Source: a virus (lineage: Duplodnaviria > Caudoviricetes). Taken from it: a DNA stretch of 64,000 nucleotides. The stretch is taken from IMG/VR virus record IMGVR_UViG_3300021255_004427, positions 160,102 to 224,101 of that record; one strand, 5' to 3'. Of this stretch, positions 39,266-48,007 are shown one piece after another. Under the pieces are notes generated by a model. That model was given only the letters and a program-made list of their open reading frames with translations, made no database searches and had not been told where the DNA came from. Position 1 is the first letter of the stretch; the number at the start of each line of letters is the position of its first letter. Position numbers and translations under genes: made by a program.

Positions 39266-39460
39266 TTACTTACCCACGTTAATGTGTACGTCCGGGCCAT
39301 TATCCCAGTATTCAGGTTTCTTATCATCCGATTTTACGGAGCCGCCCAAACCGACAGTCAGTGCTTCGGTTACTTTCGTGCATTCCTGGCCGGTGATGCC
39401 AAAAGTCTCAATGGTCACTTCATTCGTACCGTTTTTGATAGTGAATTCTACTTCTTTCAT
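39266..39460 (-). CDS. DUF2997-family small protein
   Basis: FTIKNGTNEVTIETFGITGQECTKVTEAL...KPEY; GGAGGA RBS. Confidence 0.75.
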   Translation of the reverse strand: MKEVEFTIKNGTNEVTIETFGITGQECTKVTEALTVGLGGSVKSDDKKPEYWDNGPDVHINVGK

Positions 39461-39532
39461 ACTATTTCGTTCCTCCAATCTAACAAAAGATATAATAAGG
39501 GCGGCGCCGTAACACCGCCCACATCAACAGAA

Positions 39533-39934
39533 TCAGCCTGCCAGCGCGAAACGCATAACGACGTCACCGTTTTCTTTCACTTCGCGGCGTACCGGAATCA
39601 TGTTCTGTGCCTTGGCGATCTGCTCAATCTTAACCTGGCTGTACTCACGAGTGAGTTTCTTCACAAAATCGTGCGCATCCAAACCACGGTAATCTTCGCC
39701 GCCGACGGTCATAGCCACCTTGTTGTCTTTCTTCTGAACAAAGTTGAAGCGCAGGTTGCTCGGCGTGCCGGCAATCAACAAAGCTGCATTGTTCTGGCCA
39801 AAAGAAGGTACACCCGGCAAATCCTTGAGCATCTTTACCGTATAGCGTTTATCCATGCGGCGAAGTGCTTCTTTTACCAGCGGCACCTGAACATCTTCCA
39901 GAGCCTTGACATTGATAGTTGCGTAATGAGACAT
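39533..39934 (-). CDS. DUF1257 (Ycf35-like) protein
   Basis: MSHYATI..LVKEAL..LTREYS..AKAQ..ENGDVVM. Confidence 0.7.
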   Translation of the reverse strand: MSHYATINVKALEDVQVPLVKEALRRMDKRYTVKMLKDLPGVPSFGQNNAALLIAGTPSNLRFNFVQKKDNKVAMTVGGEDYRGLDAHDFVKKLTREYSQVKIEQIAKAQNMIPVRREVKENGDVVMRFALAG

Positions 39935-40290
39935 TAAGCATTCATTCCTTTCTTTTCATTAAAAGATTGTTTTATTAAGAGCAACAGGTCTTTCCTGTCT
40001 GTCTTAAACTGATTTGGTTCATCCTCCTGAAACTGACAGTTCTCCATGAGTCTGTATCCATACTGCAGGGTGCTCAGTGAGGTTAAAACGGAGTTTGCGA
40101 TTAACGCTTTTAAGAAGGGGTACTTATCACATATAGGAGTTAACGCTTCAATATGTTCATTCACCTGCATAAGTACCTGTTCGGCTTCTGATACCATGGC
40201 GTCCATTTCCGCCACAGTTAATCCCATGGCCTCACACGTTTCCCTTTCCTCCTGAAAAGTCTTTTTAGTTTCTTCGTTTAGTACAAACAA
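39934..40290 (-). CDS. Hypothetical protein
   Basis: TAATG overlap with the DUF1257 gene. Confidence 0.6.
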   Translation of the reverse strand: MFVLNEETKKTFQEERETCEAMGLTVAEMDAMVSEAEQVLMQVNEHIEALTPICDKYPFLKALIANSVLTSLSTLQYGYRLMENCQFQEDEPNQFKTDRKDLLLLIKQSFNEKKGMNA

Positions 40291-40316
40291 ACAGGCATCA
40301 TCACCTTTCTAGAGTG

Positions 40317-41951
40317 TCACGCCGAACAAGCCCGGAGAGCCTGCTTCATACGTTTTTCCGCTTTCGCATCAAGCGGCGCGGATTTTTTATTTTCAGAAGA
40401 AGTAGACGGAATGTTATGCTCCTTGGCATATTTTTCCAATTCTTCAACTTCTTCAGGGTTAGCTTTATATACCGGCGTAACCTGGCTTACACCGTCCAGA
40501 ATAAGGAACTGTGTAATCTCGCTGTTACGCAAGAAAGCCTGACGGACAATATTCTTTACTGCCGTCTTAATTTCGGCGCCGGTAAATTTTTCGGTAATGC
40601 GGGCGGCATAGTCCAACAGATCGTTAGAAACAGTTTTTCCCTTTTCGCTAAAATAGATATTCAGAATATCCTTGCGTTCAGCTTCCGTGGGGAAGGAAAA
40701 ATACCATTTGGTATCCAATCGGCCTGCACGGGTAAGTGCAGCTGGAAGCTTCGAAATATCATTTGCAGTAAGGATATAAAACTGCTGCGTATTGGAGTTA
40801 AGGTTCTGAAGCACCACATCAAACACGCGTTTAATCGTTCCGCCATCACTTATCGTAGCAGAACTGTCGCAGCCACTGAACTGTTTATCTGCCTCGTCAA
40901 TTAACACGACACAACGGCCAATGGATCTTATGGTGTCAAATGCGGCTCGGGCCGTCTGCTCTGATTGACCAACAATACCGCCCATAATCTTAGATAAGTC
41001 AAAAATGATGAGTGGTACACCAAAATAATCCGCGATAGCTTCTGCCATGGCCGTCTTGCCTGTACCCGGCTGTCCGGCAGCTAAATAGCCCTGGCATTCA
41101 TCTACGCCAAATGCTTTTGCCTCCGGAGTCATGCAACGCTTCGCTTCCCGAATCCACTGTTTGAGCATATTGTGACCGCCGACAGTTTCCAGCGTCTTCT
41201 GAGGCTCCACATAAGTTAAGACATTGCTCTGCTTAACTACTTCAATGCGCACATTGTTGATTACTTTTGCAGATAAAGTGCCTGTTTTTTCCCAGGAATC
41301 ATCCAATGCGTGCTTGAGCTGAAGAGTGGTAAGACCGGTAGCCGCCCGCGCAGCTCCCAGAGCTTCTTCCTTTTTAACCATGCGTCCGGTTTTCTTAAGC
41401 CACTGGCAAATCTGCAGGAAGTTCTCCTGCTCATTCATCAGCGGAAGCTCTATCGTTGTAGTGAAGTCTCGGAGCATTTCCGGCACGTTTCTGGATGGCG
41501 AAATCATTACAAGCGGATGATATGCCCCCTGTTCATGGATTTTTCTTGCACATAAGTCAAATACCGCCCGCTGAGTAACTGTTGATGTAAAAACGTCTTC
41601 CGCGTTGCGAATAACGAGCATTACATTTTCAGGTGCATCCCTGAGCATGGAAAAAGCAGCATTGATATTGGGAAGCATTTCCGGATATTGGAATCCACCT
41701 CCTTCTTCTGCAAACATATCATCCAGATTCTGATTCTGCGCAAGCATGGAGCGGCGCAGCGTAATCGGATCCATGTGGAAACCTCCGGTATTTGCCACAT
41801 AGTAATAATACTTGGACAAATCCATTTTTGCCGCAATGTGTACGGCTGCCTTTTCCGCTAACTCCTCCTCTCTGGTAGCTATCCAAATCAAGGGAGTTTT
41901 TATGCGATAGAGGTGTTCAAGTTCTTGGCTAAGATTTTCTAAATATTTCAA
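40317..41951 (-). CDS. Ycf46-like AAA+ ATPase (degenerate N-terminal + active C-terminal AAA)
   Basis: PLIWIATREE, VGGHNMLKQW, GQPGTGKT, LIDEADK, TANDISKLP..TRAGRLD. Confidence 0.85.
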   Translation of the reverse strand: MKYLENLSQELEHLYRIKTPLIWIATREEELAEKAAVHIAAKMDLSKYYYYVANTGGFHMDPITLRRSMLAQNQNLDDMFAEEGGGFQYPEMLPNINAAFSMLRDAPENVMLVIRNAEDVFTSTVTQRAVFDLCARKIHEQGAYHPLVMISPSRNVPEMLRDFTTTIELPLMNEQENFLQICQWLKKTGRMVKKEEALGAARAATGLTTLQLKHALDDSWEKTGTLSAKVINNVRIEVVKQSNVLTYVEPQKTLETVGGHNMLKQWIREAKRCMTPEAKAFGVDECQGYLAAGQPGTGKTAMAEAIADYFGVPLIIFDLSKIMGGIVGQSEQTARAAFDTIRSIGRCVVLIDEADKQFSGCDSSATISDGGTIKRVFDVVLQNLNSNTQQFYILTANDISKLPAALTRAGRLDTKWYFSFPTEAERKDILNIYFSEKGKTVSNDLLDYAARITEKFTGAEIKTAVKNIVRQAFLRNSEITQFLILDGVSQVTPVYKANPEEVEELEKYAKEHNIPSTSSENKKSAPLDAKAEKRMKQALRACSA

Positions 41952-42771
41952 ATTCGTTTACCTCCTCTTCTTCATTGGTTTTGTCGATAAAGTAACTGAT
42001 GTAGTTTTCCTGGTATCTGTCGTAGATGTCCTGGCATTTTTCCAGTTGTTCGGTCGTGCCAGTATAAATGACATTTTGAACAATCATTTTGATGTCACTG
42101 CCATCTACTTTTGCCTCTCCATTTACTTCAGTGATTTTTTCACCTTCATTGTCCAGGATTACTACTTTTATTACATCGTTTTTCTTCTTACCAAATTCTG
42201 CGATGTATGGACCGCTAGGTGAGTGCATCTGCATAATAAGGCCATCGTCTCCCTCATGGAACTTTACACTGGAGCTTATTGCAATCAGCTTGTTGCCAAT
42301 AAAGGCGAACGACGGATATTTATACTCCTTCTTCATACAAATAAAGTTGCAGCTAGTTTCAATCAGAGTATTTAGAAGGTACTCTGCGATAGTATCTGCA
42401 TATCTGGCAAATGCGTTATCTCCTAACAAGGACGTGTCGTTCTCTCGAGAGTAAATAAACGCGCCGAATATGATATCCATCGGAATATTGCAGCATGCTT
42501 TGACTGCCGGTTCATTCTTGGGGAGCACCAGCTGACCTTCGAGTTTTGCCGCCTCGTCAGTAGCACCTTTCTTAAACCGATATTTTATCGGAATAAACAC
42601 AGTTTTGCCTGATGGGGCATAATAGGCTACTGTTCCATTTTTCCCATATATAGGAAATTCTACATCATGAAGGCGCCCGGGGTCAATAGTAAATGTGATT
42701 CCATCCTGTTCTTTTATGTACAAAATCTCTAACCTCCTTTCTTTTGGGACTTTCTGAGTGCTATTAGGCAC
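41929..42771 (-). CDS. Hypothetical protein
   Basis: 280-aa ORF overlapping both neighbours. Confidence 0.65.
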   Translation of the reverse strand: MPNSTQKVPKERRLEILYIKEQDGITFTIDPGRLHDVEFPIYGKNGTVAYYAPSGKTVFIPIKYRFKKGATDEAAKLEGQLVLPKNEPAVKACCNIPMDIIFGAFIYSRENDTSLLGDNAFARYADTIAEYLLNTLIETSCNFICMKKEYKYPSFAFIGNKLIAISSSVKFHEGDDGLIMQMHSPSGPYIAEFGKKKNDVIKVVILDNEGEKITEVNGEAKVDGSDIKMIVQNVIYTGTTEQLEKCQDIYDRYQENYISYFIDKTNEEEEVNEFEIFRKS

Positions 42772-43312
42772 AATAGGCCTTTCTCAAATCATCCTGAAAT
42801 ATATTTACTTCTTGCCATCTACTGTCAGTCCTATGCCAAAACTTTTGATTAGAACTGCCGATAACATGAGTTACGCCGGGAACATCCACTTCGTCGAAGA
42901 TGCGTTTCTTAGCGTTATAAGTGCCGTCAATGATTACATTAACCAATGGCAACACATCCGGATAGCTCGTCTTAATGACATCCATGACATAGTGTGTGAT
43001 CAGTACAGTGTGGTAACCATTGTCTTTTAACAGCGTCAAAAATAAGACCAGTTCTTCATACTGATCTAAAGGTTCGCCGCCAACGACAGTTACGTATTTA
43101 TTGCCCGCATTTTTAACATCCTCCAGAAGTTCTGCGGGAGATACTTCGGGAAAGTACTTTGGGTCCCACAAATCAACATTAAAGCACCCCGGACAGGGGT
43201 GGCCCGAAAGGGCCATTCTGCAACCTGCCAGGAATACTTCAGTTCGCTTATCCTCATTTGGAGATAAGCCAGCGGTAGTTGACTGCGGGCGTACTGATGC
43301 TACTCTTAGCAT
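42764..43312 (-). CDS. NrdG-like radical SAM protein
   Basis: FLAGC..HPCPGCFN..W, VVGGEPLDQ, IIDGTY, GSSNQ. Confidence 0.85.
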   Translation of the reverse strand: MLRVASVRPQSTTAGLSPNEDKRTEVFLAGCRMALSGHPCPGCFNVDLWDPKYFPEVSPAELLEDVKNAGNKYVTVVGGEPLDQYEELVLFLTLLKDNGYHTVLITHYVMDVIKTSYPDVLPLVNVIIDGTYNAKKRIFDEVDVPGVTHVIGSSNQKFWHRTDSRWQEVNIFQDDLRKAYCA

Positions 43313-43313
43313 G

Positions 43314-44054
43314 TTACGCTGCAGCTCCCTCCTGTTTTTTCTTCTGCGCCATGAGTGCTGCCTTGCACTTTGCCACAGCTTCAACGATATTGTCCGGTGT
43401 AAGCATTGCGTTGCGGTCATTATAAGCGAGCTTGGCAACCTCATTGTAATCCTGCTTCTGGTACTTTTGCAGGAATGCGTTGATGAACTTCACTTCTTCT
43501 GCATGCCGTGCCCATGCATCATTTGTCCATTCATTAAACATCATTTCCCTGAACCACTGCCCGTTGTGTGCTGCAGCCTCAATAGCCTTCTGTTCACGGC
43601 TCTGAGTCTTACCAGCGGAAAGTTCCAGCGCAAAACCAAAACTGTAGGCAGCTTTTTTCAGTGCATCCGTGGAAGCGGATTTTGTTACCATATCTTCCTT
43701 GGTCGGGTCGTATACGGCAGATCCAAAACCTTCTCGCTCAATTTCCACAACCTGGCCGATTTCCTCATCCAGGAGTTTAACTGTAATCGTACACTTAACT
43801 TCTACGACCGGTTTCGGGAAGTAATCCTCATATTCCTCCGATTTGTATTTTTTCTTCTTACACGGCGGGAATGTTCTTACAACCGGGTCGCTGTAATGGA
43901 CGCTAAAAAACGGGCCGAAAGCCTTTTTCAGAAGAACGAGCATAGAAGTGCCGCTGATATAATCCACCGTGGTTTGCCCCTTCTTAAGTGGCTCGATAAT
44001 ACGGCGATCAAGCGGTTTACTTACAATTTCCTCCAGTTGGTCAACTCTTGACAT
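43314..44054 (-). CDS. Rad52/Rad22 (Sak-like) single-strand annealing protein
   Basis: DYISG..LLKKAFG, REGFG, KSASTDALKKAAYSFGFALEL. Confidence 0.85.
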   Translation of the reverse strand: MSRVDQLEEIVSKPLDRRIIEPLKKGQTTVDYISGTSMLVLLKKAFGPFFSVHYSDPVVRTFPPCKKKKYKSEEYEDYFPKPVVEVKCTITVKLLDEEIGQVVEIEREGFGSAVYDPTKEDMVTKSASTDALKKAAYSFGFALELSAGKTQSREQKAIEAAAHNGQWFREMMFNEWTNDAWARHAEEVKFINAFLQKYQKQDYNEVAKLAYNDRNAMLTPDNIVEAVAKCKAALMAQKKKQEGAAA

Positions 44055-44124
44055 GTTTATTTCCTCCAGAAATATATATTATGCCCCGCCCCGTATCAGA
44101 GACAGGGCATGTACACAAAGAGAT

Positions 44125-45213
44125 TTAAGCTGCGTGCTTGCGGAACATGGAGAGCGCAATGCTGGTTGCCTTCTGGAATTCAGATGCGCGTTTTACAAAG
44201 TAAGCCGCGCCACGCAAAGCGTTTGCGTGCTGATAAAGGTCAACCTTATGCCCCTTTACATATTCGTAGTTTGCTACGGCCACAGACGCTGCCAGCTTCT
44301 TATCCTTCTCGGTTCCCTCACTCGAAAGCATGGCGTTTTCCTGTACACGCTTGATAAGGCCGGTGTCTTTGTTGGTCAGGTTTTCATACGCTACATGGTA
44401 GCCATAAGCGATGGTTTCAATCTTCTGCAGAAGCAGCATATTTTTCGCAATCATGGTGTCTACCACGGCATCGCTCATACCAACTTCAAGCGTGATTTCA
44501 GACATCAGCTTTTCAATTTCCGCTTTGTCCTCCAGGAAGGTTTTGCTCGGAGAAAGAAGCAGGCTGTTGATAAAGGTGTCATCTACCGCATTGCTATGTT
44601 CGGTGATAATTTCTCCTTCTACAGGAGACTTGGCGGCAGACTTGCGGCTACGACGCGTTTTCTTGGGCTTCGCCACTTCAACTTCAACCTGAGGTTCTTC
44701 CTCGGCAACTGCCTTTTCGGCGCTTTCCTCAGACTTTGCCGAATTATTATCCGTGTCAACGCTGACCGTTACGTCTGCCTCGATTTTTGCTTTGGGAGCA
44801 ATATCTTCTGCAGCTGCCCTTACTGCGACATGAGCCTCCTGTTCGAACCGTTCTTCAGCCGTAACTGCCTCGGCTTCGGCAGCCATCTCTGCTTCAGCCT
44901 CGGTTACGGGCTCAGCTTCTTTAACTGCAGGGGCCTTTTCTGCAGTTTCTGCCTTCTGTGCTTCCTTGGCCTTGATTTCTTCTTCAACCATAGCATCGAC
45001 TTCGGAGATTATATCTTCCGGCTTTTCTTCTGCCGGCGCCTCGGCCTTCGCTTCTTTTGCCGGTTTAGCTTCTTCTGTTACCGGAGCTGCCTCCTTTTTT
45101 TCCGGTGCCGGATCGCTAAAGATATCTGCAAAGTCCAAGCCTCCGTCTGCACCCCCTTCAGGGATATCAGAAAAGATGGATTCAAAATCGAAATCAACAT
45201 TAGTGTTTGCCAT
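44125..45213 (-). CDS. Hypothetical protein with long acidic low-complexity N-terminus
   Basis: E/A/P/K-rich region plus helical C-terminus; biased codon usage. Confidence 0.65.
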   Translation of the reverse strand: MANTNVDFDFESIFSDIPEGGADGGLDFADIFSDPAPEKKEAAPVTEEAKPAKEAKAEAPAEEKPEDIISEVDAMVEEEIKAKEAQKAETAEKAPAVKEAEPVTEAEAEMAAEAEAVTAEERFEQEAHVAVRAAAEDIAPKAKIEADVTVSVDTDNNSAKSEESAEKAVAEEEPQVEVEVAKPKKTRRSRKSAAKSPVEGEIITEHSNAVDDTFINSLLLSPSKTFLEDKAEIEKLMSEITLEVGMSDAVVDTMIAKNMLLLQKIETIAYGYHVAYENLTNKDTGLIKRVQENAMLSSEGTEKDKKLAASVAVANYEYVKGHKVDLYQHANALRGAAYFVKRASEFQKATSIALSMFRKHAA

Positions 45214-45244
45214 AGTTCATACTTCCTTTCTGTTTTGAAATACA

Positions 45245-45967
45245 TTATTTGACAAAAAGATTGCTATTAGGATAGCATCTTTTATATTCAGCCATTGCAT
45301 TGGCAATGTCTTCTTTAAATTCATTTAGCATGGCCATTGCCCGTTCCGATGAAACCGACCTATATTCTCCCAGTTCATTTGGGCTGTAAGTAGGCATAGT
45401 TGGAATGCAATGTACGCTTTGCCATGTTCCTCTTATTTTACTTATGGGCTTGCCTCTAAAATAGACATTAGAGGCGACATTCCCCATAAGCAGCAGCATG
45501 GGTGGATGAAACAAATCCACGGCATACCGCATATAGGTCTTACACAGTTCAATTTCTTTCTTTAGTGGAGCTCTGGGGACTTCCTCTCCGCCGACAGTTT
45601 TTGTTGGACAATAAGGAACCGTGTTCATCCACAAAATCTTATTGAAATTGACACCATGCGACTCGAAGCATGTTTTTAGAAAACTTCTTACATTTTCATT
45701 TCCCTCGAACATGTCAATAGACCTATTTAGTTTTGCCTGAGCATCCGCAGGGTAATCCATTACAACCACGAGAGCTGCGTCACTATCCCCGGTTACACGG
45801 GTTTTGGTGTTACACTTCAGGTTTGGCAGCGAACCGGCCTCAATAAACCGGTTTAATTGCAGCTTGCCCAAATCTCTTATTGCTTCACGGACATATCCCA
45901 TCGGATTTAACAGTGCCTCAGGCGAACTTAAAACAATGTCTTGGATTTGTTTTTGTTTATCATCCAA
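45245..45967 (-). CDS. Uracil-DNA glycosylase family 4-like protein (motifs altered)
   Basis: NTVPYCP..RAPLKKEIELC, LLLMGNVA, ISKIRGTW, PTYSP. Confidence 0.75.
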   Translation of the reverse strand: MDDKQKQIQDIVLSSPEALLNPMGYVREAIRDLGKLQLNRFIEAGSLPNLKCNTKTRVTGDSDAALVVVMDYPADAQAKLNRSIDMFEGNENVRSFLKTCFESHGVNFNKILWMNTVPYCPTKTVGGEEVPRAPLKKEIELCKTYMRYAVDLFHPPMLLLMGNVASNVYFRGKPISKIRGTWQSVHCIPTMPTYSPNELGEYRSVSSERAMAMLNEFKEDIANAMAEYKRCYPNSNLFVK

Positions 45968-45978
45968 TGTATAATCCC

Positions 45979-46698
45979 CTAGCCTGCTAGTTTTTCCAAA
46001 ACCTCATTAAGCATACGGATTCTATCTGAAGGCTCTGCGAGCTTTAGCTTCGCCTCCAGCTCTTCAACCTTGGCTTTTAGCGCGACGTTTTCTGCCTCTA
46101 AAGCCTGGTTTTTCTTATTTAAGAATCGCATGCGATCATCGATTTCGGCCACCTTAATTTCATCCTGTGCAAGAGCCTGGACCCAGGACATGACCATATC
46201 CTGCTCCAGCACGACGAATACACTGCCTGCGGGGTTACCCTTACTAAAGCGTTCCGCCCGCGTAACAACTGCACCCTCGTCTTCGTTAAAGGCGAATTTT
46301 AGATGCCAAAAATCCTGATTCTTTTTCAACGCTTCCGTATGGAGTTTATTAAGCCATTCACGTTTAATACTGAAAGACTTGCACCCACGAGCCCTTTCGG
46401 GTTCCTGAGTTTTTAGTTCTTCCATTAAACGGTACGCTCCTATGACGATATTTTCGTCGCCTTTCTCCTTTGCGGTTGCGCCGCTGTTAATGGTCATTCT
46501 TGATGAGAGAATTTCCACGTTGCGATCATGGTTGGCCTTTTCAAAGCCAGAGCCCATGCGCTTATCTGCTTTTGCTGCCGGCCGGCGTAAAGGAGTCCGT
46601 TTCTTGGGCTCCTTATAGCTCATACCGTTAGAGCAGAAGATACATTTGCTGCGATCACTTAAACAATCGTCGTAGCCAAATCTGCATTCTTCACTCAC
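45979..46698 (-). CDS. PD-(D/E)XK nuclease, Holliday-junction resolvase-like
   Basis: GSGFEK, NSGA..KGD, EELKT, SFSIKREWLNKL. Confidence 0.7.
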   Translation of the reverse strand: MSEECRFGYDDCLSDRSKCIFCSNGMSYKEPKKRTPLRRPAAKADKRMGSGFEKANHDRNVEILSSRMTINSGATAKEKGDENIVIGAYRLMEELKTQEPERARGCKSFSIKREWLNKLHTEALKKNQDFWHLKFAFNEDEGAVVTRAERFSKGNPAGSVFVVLEQDMVMSWVQALAQDEIKVAEIDDRMRFLNKKNQALEAENVALKAKVEELEAKLKLAEPSDRIRMLNEVLEKLAG

Positions 46699-47927
46699 GC
46701 AGCATCATCTACCTTTTCAACGCCTGCAGAGGTCATTTCCTTAGCCAGTTCCTTCTCGGCCTTTTCGATTTCGGTAATTTCCTCTTCCGACATATTCTCT
46801 ACATCGCCAGTGATGCCATCCAGCATACTTACCAATGTATCGAACTTGGTCGGGTTGGCAATCATATCTTCCTTGAAGCGCTGCTTTCCCTGCCACTTAA
46901 ATTCCGGATCCACGGAGCCATCATCGAAATGCAACGACAGCCATGCACCGCGGGCATCAATAATACCACGGTTAATGAGCTGCTGCAACGTAGAGAAGTA
47001 TTTCTCAATGCCAAAACCGTACTCGATGTAGTAAACCAGATTTACATACGGGTTGCGGTCAATGACGCAATGATTTTTGGTAACACGAATTTTGATCTTC
47101 TTACCCGTTTCTTTGGTAATCGGATCGCTATCATCCGGAGAGAGCGAGCTGAACTCCAGAGTCATCATATTGTTGTAGCGGATAGCCTTGCCGCCGACAA
47201 TTAAGTTCGGGTTACCGTATGGCCCTGCCGAGAGCGACGTGGAGTAGTGCTGAACAATCAGCATAGTTGTACTTCTCTGAGCGCACAACGGAATTAACTT
47301 CTTAACAAGTTTGGAGTTGAATCTTGCCTGAACAGCCATAGTGTCTTCTTCAAAGTTCTTGGTAGCTTCTTGCATAGGCACCAGCATCTTCAAAGAGTTG
47401 ATAACGCACATATCGATATCATTCTCGCGAATGGTTTTGATAATGGCATTACCGATAGCTTCTGCGCCGAAAACTTGCTTTTTAGTCTTCGGGTCAGTGG
47501 TACTTAGGCAGAAGAATCGATCCATATCGATGCCGTACAGAGATTCTACCTGGTCAAGATCCATGGAATCTTCAGATTCTACCCATAACGCAATAAATTC
47601 CGGGTTAATCTTCATCTGGTAACCAATCGCCGCTAATGCAAAGCCGGTTTTTCCTGTGTCGGAATCCCCCGCGATAAGCACCATCCGCCCGATAGGCAGA
47701 CCGCCCGTTGCTTCATTAAATGCAGCAATCGGCGTAGCAAAGTACTTAATGGTCATGCGTTCACGCACAGCCTGACTCTTTGTTGGCCGCCCAGCCACAA
47801 TGCCGCTCTGTTTGCTCATTTCTTCAAACAGGGTATCCAGATTCTGGAGCCGCTCTGCAAGACTCTGCCGGCTTTTTTCCGGAACTTCCGATACAGCATC
47901 ATTAGCTTTCTTCTTACTTTTTGCCAT
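46695..47927 (-). CDS. recA: RecA/UvsX-like recombinase
   Basis: GGLPIGRMVLIAGDSDTGKT, MAVQAR, GGKAIRY, RVTKNH, GAW..WQGK. Confidence 0.9.
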   Translation of the reverse strand: MAKSKKKANDAVSEVPEKSRQSLAERLQNLDTLFEEMSKQSGIVAGRPTKSQAVRERMTIKYFATPIAAFNEATGGLPIGRMVLIAGDSDTGKTGFALAAIGYQMKINPEFIALWVESEDSMDLDQVESLYGIDMDRFFCLSTTDPKTKKQVFGAEAIGNAIIKTIRENDIDMCVINSLKMLVPMQEATKNFEEDTMAVQARFNSKLVKKLIPLCAQRSTTMLIVQHYSTSLSAGPYGNPNLIVGGKAIRYNNMMTLEFSSLSPDDSDPITKETGKKIKIRVTKNHCVIDRNPYVNLVYYIEYGFGIEKYFSTLQQLINRGIIDARGAWLSLHFDDGSVDPEFKWQGKQRFKEDMIANPTKFDTLVSMLDGITGDVENMSEEEITEIEKAEKELAKEMTSAGVEKVDDAA

Positions 47928-48007
47928 AGTAAACCTCTCTTATTAAATTTTTGAAATATATTGCGTCCGCCCCGTTTATGATAGGGGCGGGGCGACGCAA
48001 AACTCGA

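Noticed and set aside
43101-45252. 316-aa and 427-aa + strand ORFs
   Set aside because: Antisense shadows of the Rad52-like and acidic genes
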